From: Methanocalculus taiwanensis
Lineage (GTDB): Archaea; Halobacteriota; Methanomicrobia; Methanomicrobiales; Methanocorpusculaceae
NCBI RefSeq assembly: GCF_024372745.1
Contig: NZ_VOTZ01000005.1
Coordinates: 53,252-77,251, forward strand
Direction: 5' to 3'
Length of the DNA: 24,000 bases
In this document: positions 7,135 to 15,043 of the stretch, piece by piece
Layout: the number at the start of each line of letters is the position of its first letter
Position numbering within the stretch: position 1 is the stretch's first letter
Notes under the pieces: generated by a model
The model's input: the letters and a program-made list of their open reading frames with translations, nothing else
Told to the model about the DNA's origin: nothing
Database searches by the model: none
Program-made: the position numbers and the translations under genes

Positions 7135-7623
7135 ATGGTATGGGAAAGACGAAGATATCCATTTGGATCGATCGGACAGGAGATCGATGAGATGATGGCA
7201 GAGATGGAGGCACGTTTCCAGGATGTCTTCTCGGGAAGCCGCAACCTCCTGCCCGAATCAGGCGGTGGGGTTGCCGATCGCTTCATGCCTGCCATCCGTG
7301 GCGATTTCAGGGTTGATGTCAGCGACCACGAAGATGAAGTCGTCATCGTAGCAGATCTCCCGGGATTTGAGAAGGAAGGTGTCAGTGTCCAGCTCTATGA
7401 TCCACGGACACTTGAGATCTCAACCCGGCAGAGCACTGAGAAGAAGGATGAGCGTGAGAACTATTATATGAGGGAGAGGATGTATGGATCGATGCGCCGG
7501 ATGGTCCGCCTCCCGGTCGATGTCACAGAAGACGGTGCTCAGGCCACCTTTAAAAACGGCGTGCTTGAAGTGCACCTGAAGAAGACCGAGGCGCCTTCAG
7601 TGCGTGCGATTCAGATCGAATAG
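7135..7623 (+). CDS. hsp20: Small heat-shock protein, Hsp20/alpha-crystallin family
   Basis: Alpha-crystallin domain: ..DVSDHEDEVVIVADLPGFEKEGVSVQL....LEIS......Y..RER.YG...R.V.LP..V....A.A.FKNGVLEV.L.K. In-frame ATG 7135 is preceded by GGAGG at the right spacing. The listed ORF start at 7111 is a GTG inside the palindrome. Confidence 0.85.
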   Translation: MVWERRRYPFGSIGQEIDEMMAEMEARFQDVFSGSRNLLPESGGGVADRFMPAIRGDFRVDVSDHEDEVVIVADLPGFEKEGVSVQLYDPRTLEISTRQSTEKKDERENYYMRERMYGSMRRMVRLPVDVTEDGAQATFKNGVLEVHLKKTEAPSVRAIQIE

Positions 7624-7918
7624 AAAGTGTTGCGCAGAAACATCACACAGATCATTACATGACTATACATGAAATACAACTCCTCTGCTATGTAATGCCC
7701 GGTAGAGCAACCAGTCCTCTACCTGCACCGCTTCACAGTATCTGCGCCCCCGCAGTCTGTTGCATGGGGAAGGATTGATACATTCTTCCCCCGGCTGCGG
7801 GAATGGGTGATCTGATATACCCTGTTGATCAGATATATACATAAATCTCATGAACAATGCAGGTTTTTCTCTCTGCAGGGAAGATATCTTCATTCTAACG
7901 ACTATCCGATGGTGATTT

Positions 7919-8722
7919 GTGGAAAAGAGCGTGCCATTAGACAAGAAAAAGGTCCGTGACTACATGACCTACGATGTCGTCTCTGTGAAGGCAGACGGCA
8001 TGATAAAGGATGTGATCGATCATATCCGATCGACCCAGCATGACGGTTTCCCTGTCCTTCGCGGGAATAAGGTTGTTGGCTATATCTCAGCTCGCGATAT
8101 AATTGGAGTGCATCCATCGGTTAGGATCGAGCAGATCATGTCCCGCCACTTAATCGTTGCAGATCCCGATATGCCCATAACTGATGCTGCCCGTGTAATC
8201 TTCCGATCAGGTATTCAGAAGCTTCCTGTTGTCAATGAGAAGAATGAACTTGTCGGGATCATCTCGAATGCCGATGTGATCAGATCCCAGATTGAGCATG
8301 TCTCTCCAGGGAAAGTCTACAACTTCATGTCGACCCTGAAAAAACTCTATGGGATCGAACCAGCTCTTGAGCGGGGCAATGTGCCGGTTGACAGGCTGAG
8401 GCCAACACAGGGGAAGATCTACCAGGACGAACTTGAAGGCCGGATGTACGAGATCAAAAAAGGGCTTGCAGAACCGGTTATTGTCGTGAAACGATCCGGG
8501 AGATGGATCATGGTCGATGGCCACCACCGTGCCATTGCAGCAAAGCGTCTTGGCATCAAAAACCTCGATGCCTATATCATTGTCATTAATGATGACATTA
8601 AGCTGGGGCTCGAACGGACCGCAGAGAGCATGAACCTCCACTCACTTGATGATATCCAGGTGATGGACTACGCACGCCATCCTCTCGTTGCAATCACACA
8701 CCGTCTGGTTCCACACGACTGA
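7919..8722 (+). CDS. CBS-pair domain protein fused to a ParB/Srx-like (ParBc) domain
   Basis: The N-terminal half has two CBS motifs (VRDYMTYDVVSV...GFPVL..NKVVGYISARDI; IMSRHLIVADPD..KLPVVNEKNELVGIISNADVI). The C-terminal half has PVDRLRPTQ...EPVIVV...IMVDGHHRAIAAKRLG, the ParB N-terminal-domain signature. The start (GTG 7919, or GTG 7931) is uncertain. Confidence 0.75.
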   Translation: MEKSVPLDKKKVRDYMTYDVVSVKADGMIKDVIDHIRSTQHDGFPVLRGNKVVGYISARDIIGVHPSVRIEQIMSRHLIVADPDMPITDAARVIFRSGIQKLPVVNEKNELVGIISNADVIRSQIEHVSPGKVYNFMSTLKKLYGIEPALERGNVPVDRLRPTQGKIYQDELEGRMYEIKKGLAEPVIVVKRSGRWIMVDGHHRAIAAKRLGIKNLDAYIIVINDDIKLGLERTAESMNLHSLDDIQVMDYARHPLVAITHRLVPHD

Positions 8723-8732
8723 ACCACTCACA

Positions 8733-8738
8733 TTTTTT
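8733..8738 (+). terminator. Oligo-T tract (T6) after the CBS-ParB gene
   Basis: cattttttg lies 11 nt after the stop at 8722. Archaeal termination typically occurs at oligo-T runs. Confidence 0.35.
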
Positions 8739-8800
8739 GATATCTTCTTCTTGTGTCGAAGACCTTGATGAGGTGGTTCTGCCTGAAATCTACCCTGAGG

Positions 8801-9979
8801 CTATGATCCATCCCATGTCGTGTCAAATGAATCATTAAGGACATACTCTTTCACCACTTCACCATCCGGAATCGATACTTCGGGCCAGAGCCTGGTGCGC
8901 GAATGGATGACGACATCATCTCCAAGGTTTGCACGGGGTCCAATCACAGTATCATGCTCGATCGAACAGTTTCCTCCTATGGAAACGTCATTGTCGATGA
9001 TGCTCCCACTGACAGTGGAGCCTGCCCCGATTGCAACGCCCGAATAGAGCGAGGAGGAGAAGATCTTTGCCCTGCTTCTGATGCAGCAATCATCCCCGAT
9101 GGATGTATAGGGGCCGATTATAACATCCTCTCCGATAGCCACCCCCTTTCCTATGGAAACCGGCCCAATGACGCGGGAACGTGCACCGAGAGTGATCGAA
9201 TCACCAAACCTGACAGGGCCGGTTATCTGGGCGTCGGTAACACTCAGGTTTCCCTGTATCGTCGTGATTCCGACATCATTCAGTTTCCATCTCTCAGCCT
9301 GGCGGAGCATAGACGGGGATCCGACATCTGTCCAGTTACCTCTGGCAAGCCATCCTTTCAATTGATATCCTCTCTTCATCAGGTCGGGAAAGAGATTGCG
9401 GGCAAAATCATATTTGGTTTTTTCAGGGATATAATCAAAAATCTCGGGATTGCAGACATACATTCCGGTACTGGCAAGGTTTGAGAAGACTTCTCCGGGC
9501 CCAGGCTTCTCTTTGAACCGCTGGATGGTGAAGGTGGCATCAAGTTCGGCGATCCCATACTCACAGGGATCATCGATACCGATGAGCCCGATAGATGCGA
9601 TCGCATTCATTTTTTTATGTTCCCGATAAAATTCAAGGAGGTTAATATCGGTGACATGGTCCCCCCCGACGACAAGGAAAGGCATCCCGTCGAGATATTC
9701 CTGTGCATTTTTCACTGATCCTGCTGTACCCAGTTTTGTCTTTTCCTCGACATAGTTGATCTCTGCGGAGAAGAGCGATCCGTCGCCAAGTGAATCTTTG
9801 ATCTTATCCCCAAGATAACCGATCGTTATGACTATATCGGTGAATCCGAGATTAGCGAGGTGCATCACAAGATGCTGGATGGAGGGGATTCCTCCTATTG
9901 GTATACAGGGCTTTGGCCGCTCAAATGTCAGCGGACGGAGGCGTGTCCCCTCACCCCCGCACATGATGCAGACTTTCAT
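8801..9979 (-). CDS. Sugar-1-phosphate nucleotidyltransferase with C-terminal left-handed beta-helix (GlmU/ST0452-like or mannose-1-P guanylyltransferase-like)
   Basis: MKVCIMCGGEGTRLRPLTFERPKPCIPIGG.. is the NTP-transferase G-loop. The C-terminal 150 aa shows hexapeptide-repeat periodicity (..IGEDVIIGPYTSIGDDCCI..IGAGSTVSGSIIDNDVSIGGNCSI..). I place the start at ATG 9979 (MKVCIM) rather than the ORF-track 10054, which would overlap the divergent gene. Confidence 0.8.
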   Translation of the reverse strand: MKVCIMCGGEGTRLRPLTFERPKPCIPIGGIPSIQHLVMHLANLGFTDIVITIGYLGDKIKDSLGDGSLFSAEINYVEEKTKLGTAGSVKNAQEYLDGMPFLVVGGDHVTDINLLEFYREHKKMNAIASIGLIGIDDPCEYGIAELDATFTIQRFKEKPGPGEVFSNLASTGMYVCNPEIFDYIPEKTKYDFARNLFPDLMKRGYQLKGWLARGNWTDVGSPSMLRQAERWKLNDVGITTIQGNLSVTDAQITGPVRFGDSITLGARSRVIGPVSIGKGVAIGEDVIIGPYTSIGDDCCIRSRAKIFSSSLYSGVAIGAGSTVSGSIIDNDVSIGGNCSIEHDTVIGPRANLGDDVVIHSRTRLWPEVSIPDGEVVKEYVLNDSFDTTWDGS

Positions 9980-10066
9980 GGTAAGGATATATAACCCGGT
10001 ATCAATTAAATGAGTTTGATCTGCTCCCCGGATACCCTTATCACTCATCAGCAAAAGAGTGAATGT

Positions 10067-10552
10067 ATGGGTTCTGAGTTCACCTGTACCTTCTGCGGCA
10101 GATGCTGCAATGGTTTTGGGCGGTATATTACGATTAACCAGAAGATCGGAGGGGCATACTCCGTAACGCTCTCCCTCACAAAAGAATCTTTCATGGCTGT
10201 GCTTGATCCGGGCAGATCCACGCTTTTTGCAGATACTTCATACCAGAACGAGCATCCTCATGCCTGTCCGTTCCTCAGGAGAGAAGACGAAGATAGAGTC
10301 ATTTGCACCATCTACCGGTCACGCCCACGTTTCTGCCGGGACTATATCTGTTGTACCGGGAAAGTGATGCGGGAAGATGCCCTCTGCGGCGAGATGAAAG
10401 GGAGGCGCGATCTCAAAACCGATGATCCGGCCCTTCAGGATGATTGGATTGGCCTGAAGGAGCGGTACGGGGGTGTGCCCGATTTGGAATGGAAGAAGGA
10501 GGTCAGCAAGGCGTTGGCCGCATCAGGATACGAGGTGGTCTTCTATGGGTGA
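10067..10552 (+). CDS. YkgJ-family (UPF0153) cysteine-cluster protein
   Basis: CTFCGRCC (CxxCxxCC) at the N-terminus, followed by ..HACPFL......CTIYRSRPRFCRDYIC.., the characteristic second Cys block. The start is taken at ATG 10067 (MGSEFTC). Confidence 0.75.
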   Translation: MGSEFTCTFCGRCCNGFGRYITINQKIGGAYSVTLSLTKESFMAVLDPGRSTLFADTSYQNEHPHACPFLRREDEDRVICTIYRSRPRFCRDYICCTGKVMREDALCGEMKGRRDLKTDDPALQDDWIGLKERYGGVPDLEWKKEVSKALAASGYEVVFYG

Positions 10553-10811
10553 GGAGGGGATGCGGATCCTGGAGGTTCACAATAGCACAGTGCCCTGCCT
10601 CCCCGGAAAGCCGGTGACCCTTGATCGGTGCCGTTTCTGCGCCCATTCGCGTTACTTTGAGGTACATGGCAGGCGGATGCCCTCACCTGCACGGGCATAC
10701 TGCTCACGGAGTGGGGCAACAGATGAGGTTGATCTGAAGTCAGTCACACGGGTCTGGTGCGATGATATGGTGAGTGAAGGCTACCGGAGTATCATGTCGA
10801 TTATCAGCTGA
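10545..10811 (+). CDS. Hypothetical small Cys-rich protein (88 aa)
   Basis: The ATG overlaps the upstream stop (ATGGGTGA, 10545-10552), suggesting translational coupling. It contains C..(10)..CRFC..(~25)..C..(~20)..C. I recognise no family. Confidence 0.35.
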   Translation: MGEEGMRILEVHNSTVPCLPGKPVTLDRCRFCAHSRYFEVHGRRMPSPARAYCSRSGATDEVDLKSVTRVWCDDMVSEGYRSIMSIIS

Positions 10812-10818
10812 TCCAGAA

Positions 10819-11163
10819 TCAGAGCCCCTTCCAGAACTCCCACCATCTCCGGGTCTCCTGTGGCGCAGGCTGCTGATTATTCTGCCATTTCAGATCGAGG
10901 ATATGGTGTACTACCCGGATCTCCTTCTTCAGATCCTTGACAGCATCTGTGAGGCTCTCCAGTGAGCGATTGATCACCTTCACCTCCTCAAAGCTCCTCT
11001 CCCGCAGAACCGGAACAAAGGATCTGTCTTCGGCATATTTTTCTATGCCCGCTTCGATGAGTCTTAGAATCGCTTCGTTCCTTTCAATCCTCTTTTCCTG
11101 TGCAAACTGTTCAATCTGGTGTGCCAGATCGTTCTCAAGGGTAAATGAGATCCGTATACTCAT
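10819..11163 (-). CDS. Ribbon-helix-helix (CopG/Arc/MetJ-type) DNA-binding protein with a coiled-coil-like C-terminal extension
   Basis: MSIRISFTLENDLAHQIEQFAQEKRIERNEAILRLIEAGIE fits the beta-strand/helix/helix RHH pattern. A strong GGGAGG lies 6 nt upstream of the ATG. The gene lies 23 nt downstream of cobQ on the same strand. Confidence 0.65.
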   Translation of the reverse strand: MSIRISFTLENDLAHQIEQFAQEKRIERNEAILRLIEAGIEKYAEDRSFVPVLRERSFEEVKVINRSLESLTDAVKDLKKEIRVVHHILDLKWQNNQQPAPQETRRWWEFWKGL

Positions 11164-11186
11164 GCTCTACCTCCCAAATCTGATTT

Positions 11187-12653
11187 TCACGTATTTTTTG
11201 TTCTCTCCGATATAACGGGCCGTGCGAGTGAGACGAGCGTATCCATATCAATATGCGCCTCAAGGTGTCTGGCAAGGTGATCGTAGGGATCGACACATTT
11301 CTGTTCCGTATAGGAAAGCCCTTTCTTTCCGTACAGGTACCTGAGGAGGGCATTCACTGCGTTTTCGTTCTGGAAGAGCCCGTGCAGGTATGTCCCAAAG
11401 ACAAGCCCGTCATCCGAGGCTGCTCCTTCCCCTGAAAACGCCTCCAGACCGCCTGTTCTGAACGAATCCCCCATATGAATCTCATATCCGCTCACCTCAC
11501 CGATAGCAGACAGTATCGGCCCGACCGGTTCTGCTGTACGTGTGACTCTGATCGTTGTTTTCCTGTACTCGGAGAACCTGGTATCAACAGGTAATAGGCC
11601 GATTCCTTCATAGACCGCATCATGATCTGATTCGATCCCCTGATCATGAATCATCCTGCCAAGCATCTGGTACCCTCCGCAGATCCCAATCACCACCACT
11701 CCCCTCTTCTGCGCTTCAAGGATCTCATCAACTGTGCCTGTTCTCCTGAGATGAAGAAGATCTTCGACAGTATTCTTTGTACCCGGTATGATGATGCAGT
11801 CATAGGGTGCAAGCGGATCGCCTGGCCGTACATAGCTTACTGCTGCGGATCGTTCAAGGCTTTCAAAATCGGTGAAGTTCGATATCCGGGGGAGATGAAT
11901 GATCCCGATTGTAATCGGGGAGGAAGATGCGCGTTTATCGGAGAGGGAGAGTGAATCTTCACTCGGAAGGCCGAGATCGGTGTATGGCACAACCCCAAGA
12001 ACCGGAACCGAGCAGATCTCTTCGATCATATTGATCCCTGATGCAAAGATCTCAGGATCGCCCCTGAATTTGTTGATGATCACACCGGCAACATGGACTT
12101 TGACTTTCGGCGGTAGGAGGGCAATGGTACCATATAGCTGGGCAAAGACCCCTCCCCGCTCGATATCTGCAACAAGTATGATTGGTATTTCAAGCCTCTC
12201 TGCAAGGCGGATATTGGCGATGTCACGGTCATAGAGGTTCAGCTCCGCCGCCCCGCCTGCCCCTTCGCAGATGACACAACCAGTCTCAGCAAAAAGACGT
12301 TCATATGCTGAAACAGCCACTTCAAGGAGCGCATCAGTTTCCTTGTAGTAATCCCGAATCGGGAGATCGCGGTATGGCTTCCCAAGGACAATGACCTGTG
12401 AGATGCTGTCAGCTTTTGGTTTCAGCAGAATCGGGTTCATTTCAGCGGCAGGTTCACGGAAGGCGGCAATTGCCTGCATCGCCTGGGCGATTCCAATTTC
12501 ACTGCCGTCTGTTGTAATATATGAGTTCAGGCTCATATTCTGCGCTTTAAAGGGTGCGACTGTATATCCGCGATTGAAGAGCGCACGGCATATTCCGGCT
12601 ACAGTGACACTTTTTCCTACATGGGAGGCGGTTCCAAGCACCAGAAGCGACAT
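11187..12653 (-). CDS. cobQ: Cobyric acid synthase (CobQ/CbiP)
   Basis: 488 aa. The N-terminus LVLGTASHVGKSVTVAGICRAL..GY.VAPFKAQNMSLNS is the CobQ dethiobiotin-synthetase-like P-loop. The C-terminal glutamine amidotransferase part has ..GICGGYQMLG.. and ..GTYLHGLF... Confidence 0.9.
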   Translation of the reverse strand: MSLLVLGTASHVGKSVTVAGICRALFNRGYTVAPFKAQNMSLNSYITTDGSEIGIAQAMQAIAAFREPAAEMNPILLKPKADSISQVIVLGKPYRDLPIRDYYKETDALLEVAVSAYERLFAETGCVICEGAGGAAELNLYDRDIANIRLAERLEIPIILVADIERGGVFAQLYGTIALLPPKVKVHVAGVIINKFRGDPEIFASGINMIEEICSVPVLGVVPYTDLGLPSEDSLSLSDKRASSSPITIGIIHLPRISNFTDFESLERSAAVSYVRPGDPLAPYDCIIIPGTKNTVEDLLHLRRTGTVDEILEAQKRGVVVIGICGGYQMLGRMIHDQGIESDHDAVYEGIGLLPVDTRFSEYRKTTIRVTRTAEPVGPILSAIGEVSGYEIHMGDSFRTGGLEAFSGEGAASDDGLVFGTYLHGLFQNENAVNALLRYLYGKKGLSYTEQKCVDPYDHLARHLEAHIDMDTLVSLARPVISERTKNT

Positions 12654-12678
12654 GGTTCATACGTACTCTCTTCATGGA

Positions 12679-12687
12679 GATAAAAAT
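12679..12687 (-). promoter_or_regulatory. TATA-like element for cobQ (leaderless-type spacing)
   Basis: The minus strand reads tttttatct about 26 nt upstream of ATG 12653. Confidence 0.4.
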
Positions 12688-12742
12688 GGGCATTATGATC
12701 TGACCTGTCCATGAAGTTTCTCTTTGCCACTCAACCACATAC

Positions 12743-12750
12743 AATAAATA
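12743..12750 (+). promoter_or_regulatory. TATA-like element for the aIF1 gene
   Basis: aataaata ends 25 nt before ATG 12775, but only 4 nt before the ORF-track start at 12754. This supports 12775 as a leaderless start. Confidence 0.45.
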
Positions 12751-12774
12751 GAGATGAACGTCCAGTACTGGTTA

Positions 12775-13080
12775 ATGAACAGTGGCATCTGCCCAAAATG
12801 TGGACTTCCCCAGGAACTGTGTATCTGTGAGGAGGTCGCCAAGGAACAGCAGAGAATTCAGGTAAAGATCAACCGGCGACGGTATGGAAAAGAGGTGACC
12901 GTTGTTGATGGCCTTGATCCCTATGAGATTGATCTCGAGGATCTCTCAAAGTTCCTAAAGAGCAAACTGGCTTGCGGAGGAACCGTAAAAGGAAATACCA
13001 TCGAGCTGCAGGGAAACCATCGTGACAGAGTAAAAGACCTGCTCTCGCAAAAGGGGTATAAAATTGACAATATAAATTAA
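12775..13080 (+). CDS. Translation initiation factor aIF1 (SUI1 family)
   Basis: N-terminal zinc-knuckle CPKCG..CIC, followed by the SUI1 fold signature ..[14 protein letters not shown]......L..L.K.LK.K.ACGGTVK...IELQG.HR..V...L...GY... The length of 101 aa from ATG 12775 is typical. Confidence 0.85.
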   Translation: MNSGICPKCGLPQELCICEEVAKEQQRIQVKINRRRYGKEVTVVDGLDPYEIDLEDLSKFLKSKLACGGTVKGNTIELQGNHRDRVKDLLSQKGYKIDNIN

Positions 13081-13117
13081 TGCCTCCAGCAAAATCAACT
13101 CAATTCGATCTCTTTCA

Positions 13118-13124
13118 TTTTTTT
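13118..13124 (+). terminator. Oligo-T tract (T7) after aIF1
   Basis: catttttttatt lies 38 nt after the stop at 13080. Confidence 0.4.
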
Positions 13125-13134
13125 ATTGAATGCC

Positions 13135-14118
13135 TTAGATGGCGAACCGGAAGACTATCCAGCCGATGAGGACCATCATAGCAGAGAACTTCAATCCCGC
13201 AAGTGCCCTCCCCTCGCCCATCTGGCCGGCAACCAGCCCGGAGAAGAATCCCTGCAAAATGACCGCATGGGAGAAGATCCTTTTATAAAAATCGATATTT
13301 ATTGATGCCATAAAGCCTGCACCGGCTCCGGATGCCTCTGCTGCCTCGCCTGCTTCTGCCATTGTACCGAGGAATGTACTGGTCAGGATGCCTATGACGA
13401 ACATATAGACGAAGAAGGAGATGATGATGATAACGATATAAATGAACATATTGTTCAGCCGATCCGTCTTGAGCGAGACAAATTCGTAGGTGTCGATGGC
13501 TGCTGCACGGAGGACATTTGAGATATCACCTCCAGCCCTGCTCGCTTTTGCAATCAGATCGACACTCCGCGTTGCCAGTGGGGTGCGTATCCTCTCGCCA
13601 AACCGGAGCATCGCCGGAACAAACGGGACACTCCATGACATCTCCTGGTCAAGGCGACGTATATGGGGTGTCAGCGCCCCATATTCTGCGCGTGCGACAA
13701 GTGCCACGGCACCGGGTAGTGTCATCCCGGATTCATTCATACCTGCCAGATCTCTGAAAAAGTTTGGGAGTGCCGATTCAAGACTTCTCTGTCGCCGGTC
13801 AAAGAAGAAATCCAGGAGGGCAAGTGGGGTGATGATCAGCAGCGTGGTAATGATCAGTATATCGTCGATTATGGTTGTTCCAAGCACAAAATCCAGGCCG
13901 AACTGGCGGTATACGATAACAAACCAGATACAAGCGATGGTGAGCGAGATCGGGACTGTCAGGTAGAGGGAATGGAGAGGGTTATGAATAAGTGACTGGA
14001 CAGGATGCTGTAAAAAACCCCAAAACCCCTTTTCCCTCTTATTTCGCCTCTTAATCTGCTCATGAATTATTGTATCGGGATTCTTCTCAGGCTCCGATGA
14101 TTTCGCTCTCCACCTCAT
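13135..14118 (-). CDS. Type II secretion system F-domain membrane protein (FlaJ/TadC-like, C-terminal-half type)
   Basis: Polytopic membrane protein with a cytoplasmic T2SSF-like helical block (..LESALPNFFRDLAGMNESGMTLPGAV..; ..DLIAKASRAGGDISNVL..) flanked by TM segments. It is the last gene of the ATPase operon (TAAGATG junction at 14118-14122). Confidence 0.7.
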   Translation of the reverse strand: MRWRAKSSEPEKNPDTIIHEQIKRRNKREKGFWGFLQHPVQSLIHNPLHSLYLTVPISLTIACIWFVIVYRQFGLDFVLGTTIIDDILIITTLLIITPLALLDFFFDRRQRSLESALPNFFRDLAGMNESGMTLPGAVALVARAEYGALTPHIRRLDQEMSWSVPFVPAMLRFGERIRTPLATRSVDLIAKASRAGGDISNVLRAAAIDTYEFVSLKTDRLNNMFIYIVIIIISFFVYMFVIGILTSTFLGTMAEAGEAAEASGAGAGFMASINIDFYKRIFSHAVILQGFFSGLVAGQMGEGRALAGLKFSAMMVLIGWIVFRFAI

Positions 14119-14119
14119 C

Positions 14120-15043
14120 TTACACCTCCGGAGTCATGGAATCGATCATTACGAGGAACATGATGCTCCCAAACGGCATGATCAGGTAGATGATCACATA
14201 GAGGAAGATCGGATCGCCCCCCCCGGATAACATAGACATTACCGATTGAAGAATGACCAGAAACAGTGTCCCTGCAACAAGGGCTGTCACATAGGATTCA
14301 GAGATCAGGCCGAGCGTATCAAGGAATGCCTTCTGCTGCTGGCGGTTCTCGATTGCATATTGATTTGCTTTCAGTTTGAAGTACTCAGTCAGGTTGCTAC
14401 CGCTCGAAATGGCTCCCATAGCGCCCTGCAGAAATTCTTTCAGCCGGTCACTGGGGGTGATCGTCGAGACGACCCTCAGGGCATCGATGAGATCACGGCC
14501 AAATACATCAATCTCACGGGCTATGTAGCGGGCTTCTGAGGCGCTCTCGCCATAGACAGGAGATTCCCCAAGCAGGCGGAAGATCTCCGCAGGAGTGATC
14601 CCGGCTGTGGACATTGCGGTGATATAATTGATCGCATGCGGGAGGCTGGTATCGATCTTCCTCTTCCGCTCGCCTGCCATAATCGAGGGATATATCAGGA
14701 AGAAGAAGTAGGTCGATCCCCCAATGAGCAGCAGTGAAAAGAATGTGATTGCAATCGTCCCGGCGATCAGGAGAAGATCCGCATACTGGTATATGATGAC
14801 AGGGAGTGATCCGCTGTAGGTGATCAGATGAGGTATCTGCAAGATATAGCTGATGATTCCAGCAATGGCACCGCCAAGGATACCTGCAATCAGCGCCGTG
14901 ATGATTGCTGTTGCAAGGTATGCCTCGAACGGAATCTTGTTTCTGGACGCGATAAGGTTCCCATGCAGCTCGGTGTAACTCTCTTTTTTATTCCTCATCC
15001 TCTCCCCGAGGAGGTTGAAACAGAAGAGTTCATAGCTGTTCAT
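14120..15043 (-). CDS. Type II secretion system F-domain membrane protein (FlaJ/TadB-like, N-terminal-half type)
   Basis: ..IDTSLPHAINYITAMSTAGITPAEIFRLL......E...IA.E....G.DLIDAL......PS..LKEFLQG......SG.NL..Y.. matches the T2SSF/FlaJ cytoplasmic domain, with TM segments on both sides. Its start overlaps the ATPase stop by 14 nt. Confidence 0.7.
   Translation of the reverse strand: MNSYELFCFNLLGERMRNKKESYTELHGNLIASRNKIPFEAYLATAIITALIAGILGGAIAGIISYILQIPHLITYSGSLPVIIYQYADLLLIAGTIAITFFSLLLIGGSTYFFFLIYPSIMAGERKRKIDTSLPHAINYITAMSTAGITPAEIFRLLGESPVYGESASEARYIAREIDVFGRDLIDALRVVSTITPSDRLKEFLQGAMGAISSGSNLTEYFKLKANQYAIENRQQQKAFLDTLGLISESYVTALVAGTLFLVILQSVMSMLSGGGDPIFLYVIIYLIMPFGSIMFLVMIDSMTPEV

Noticed and set aside
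7663-7944. 93-aa minus-strand ORF filling the hsp20 / CBS-ParB intergenic region.
   Set aside because: It has no recognisable motifs. It runs into the start of the CBS-ParB gene and across its likely promoter (atatatacataaat, about 7833-7846). The region also holds small palindromes (atctgat..atcagat at 7810-7834; gaagatatcttc at 7880-7891), which I regard as weak, unremarkable promoter or UTR features.
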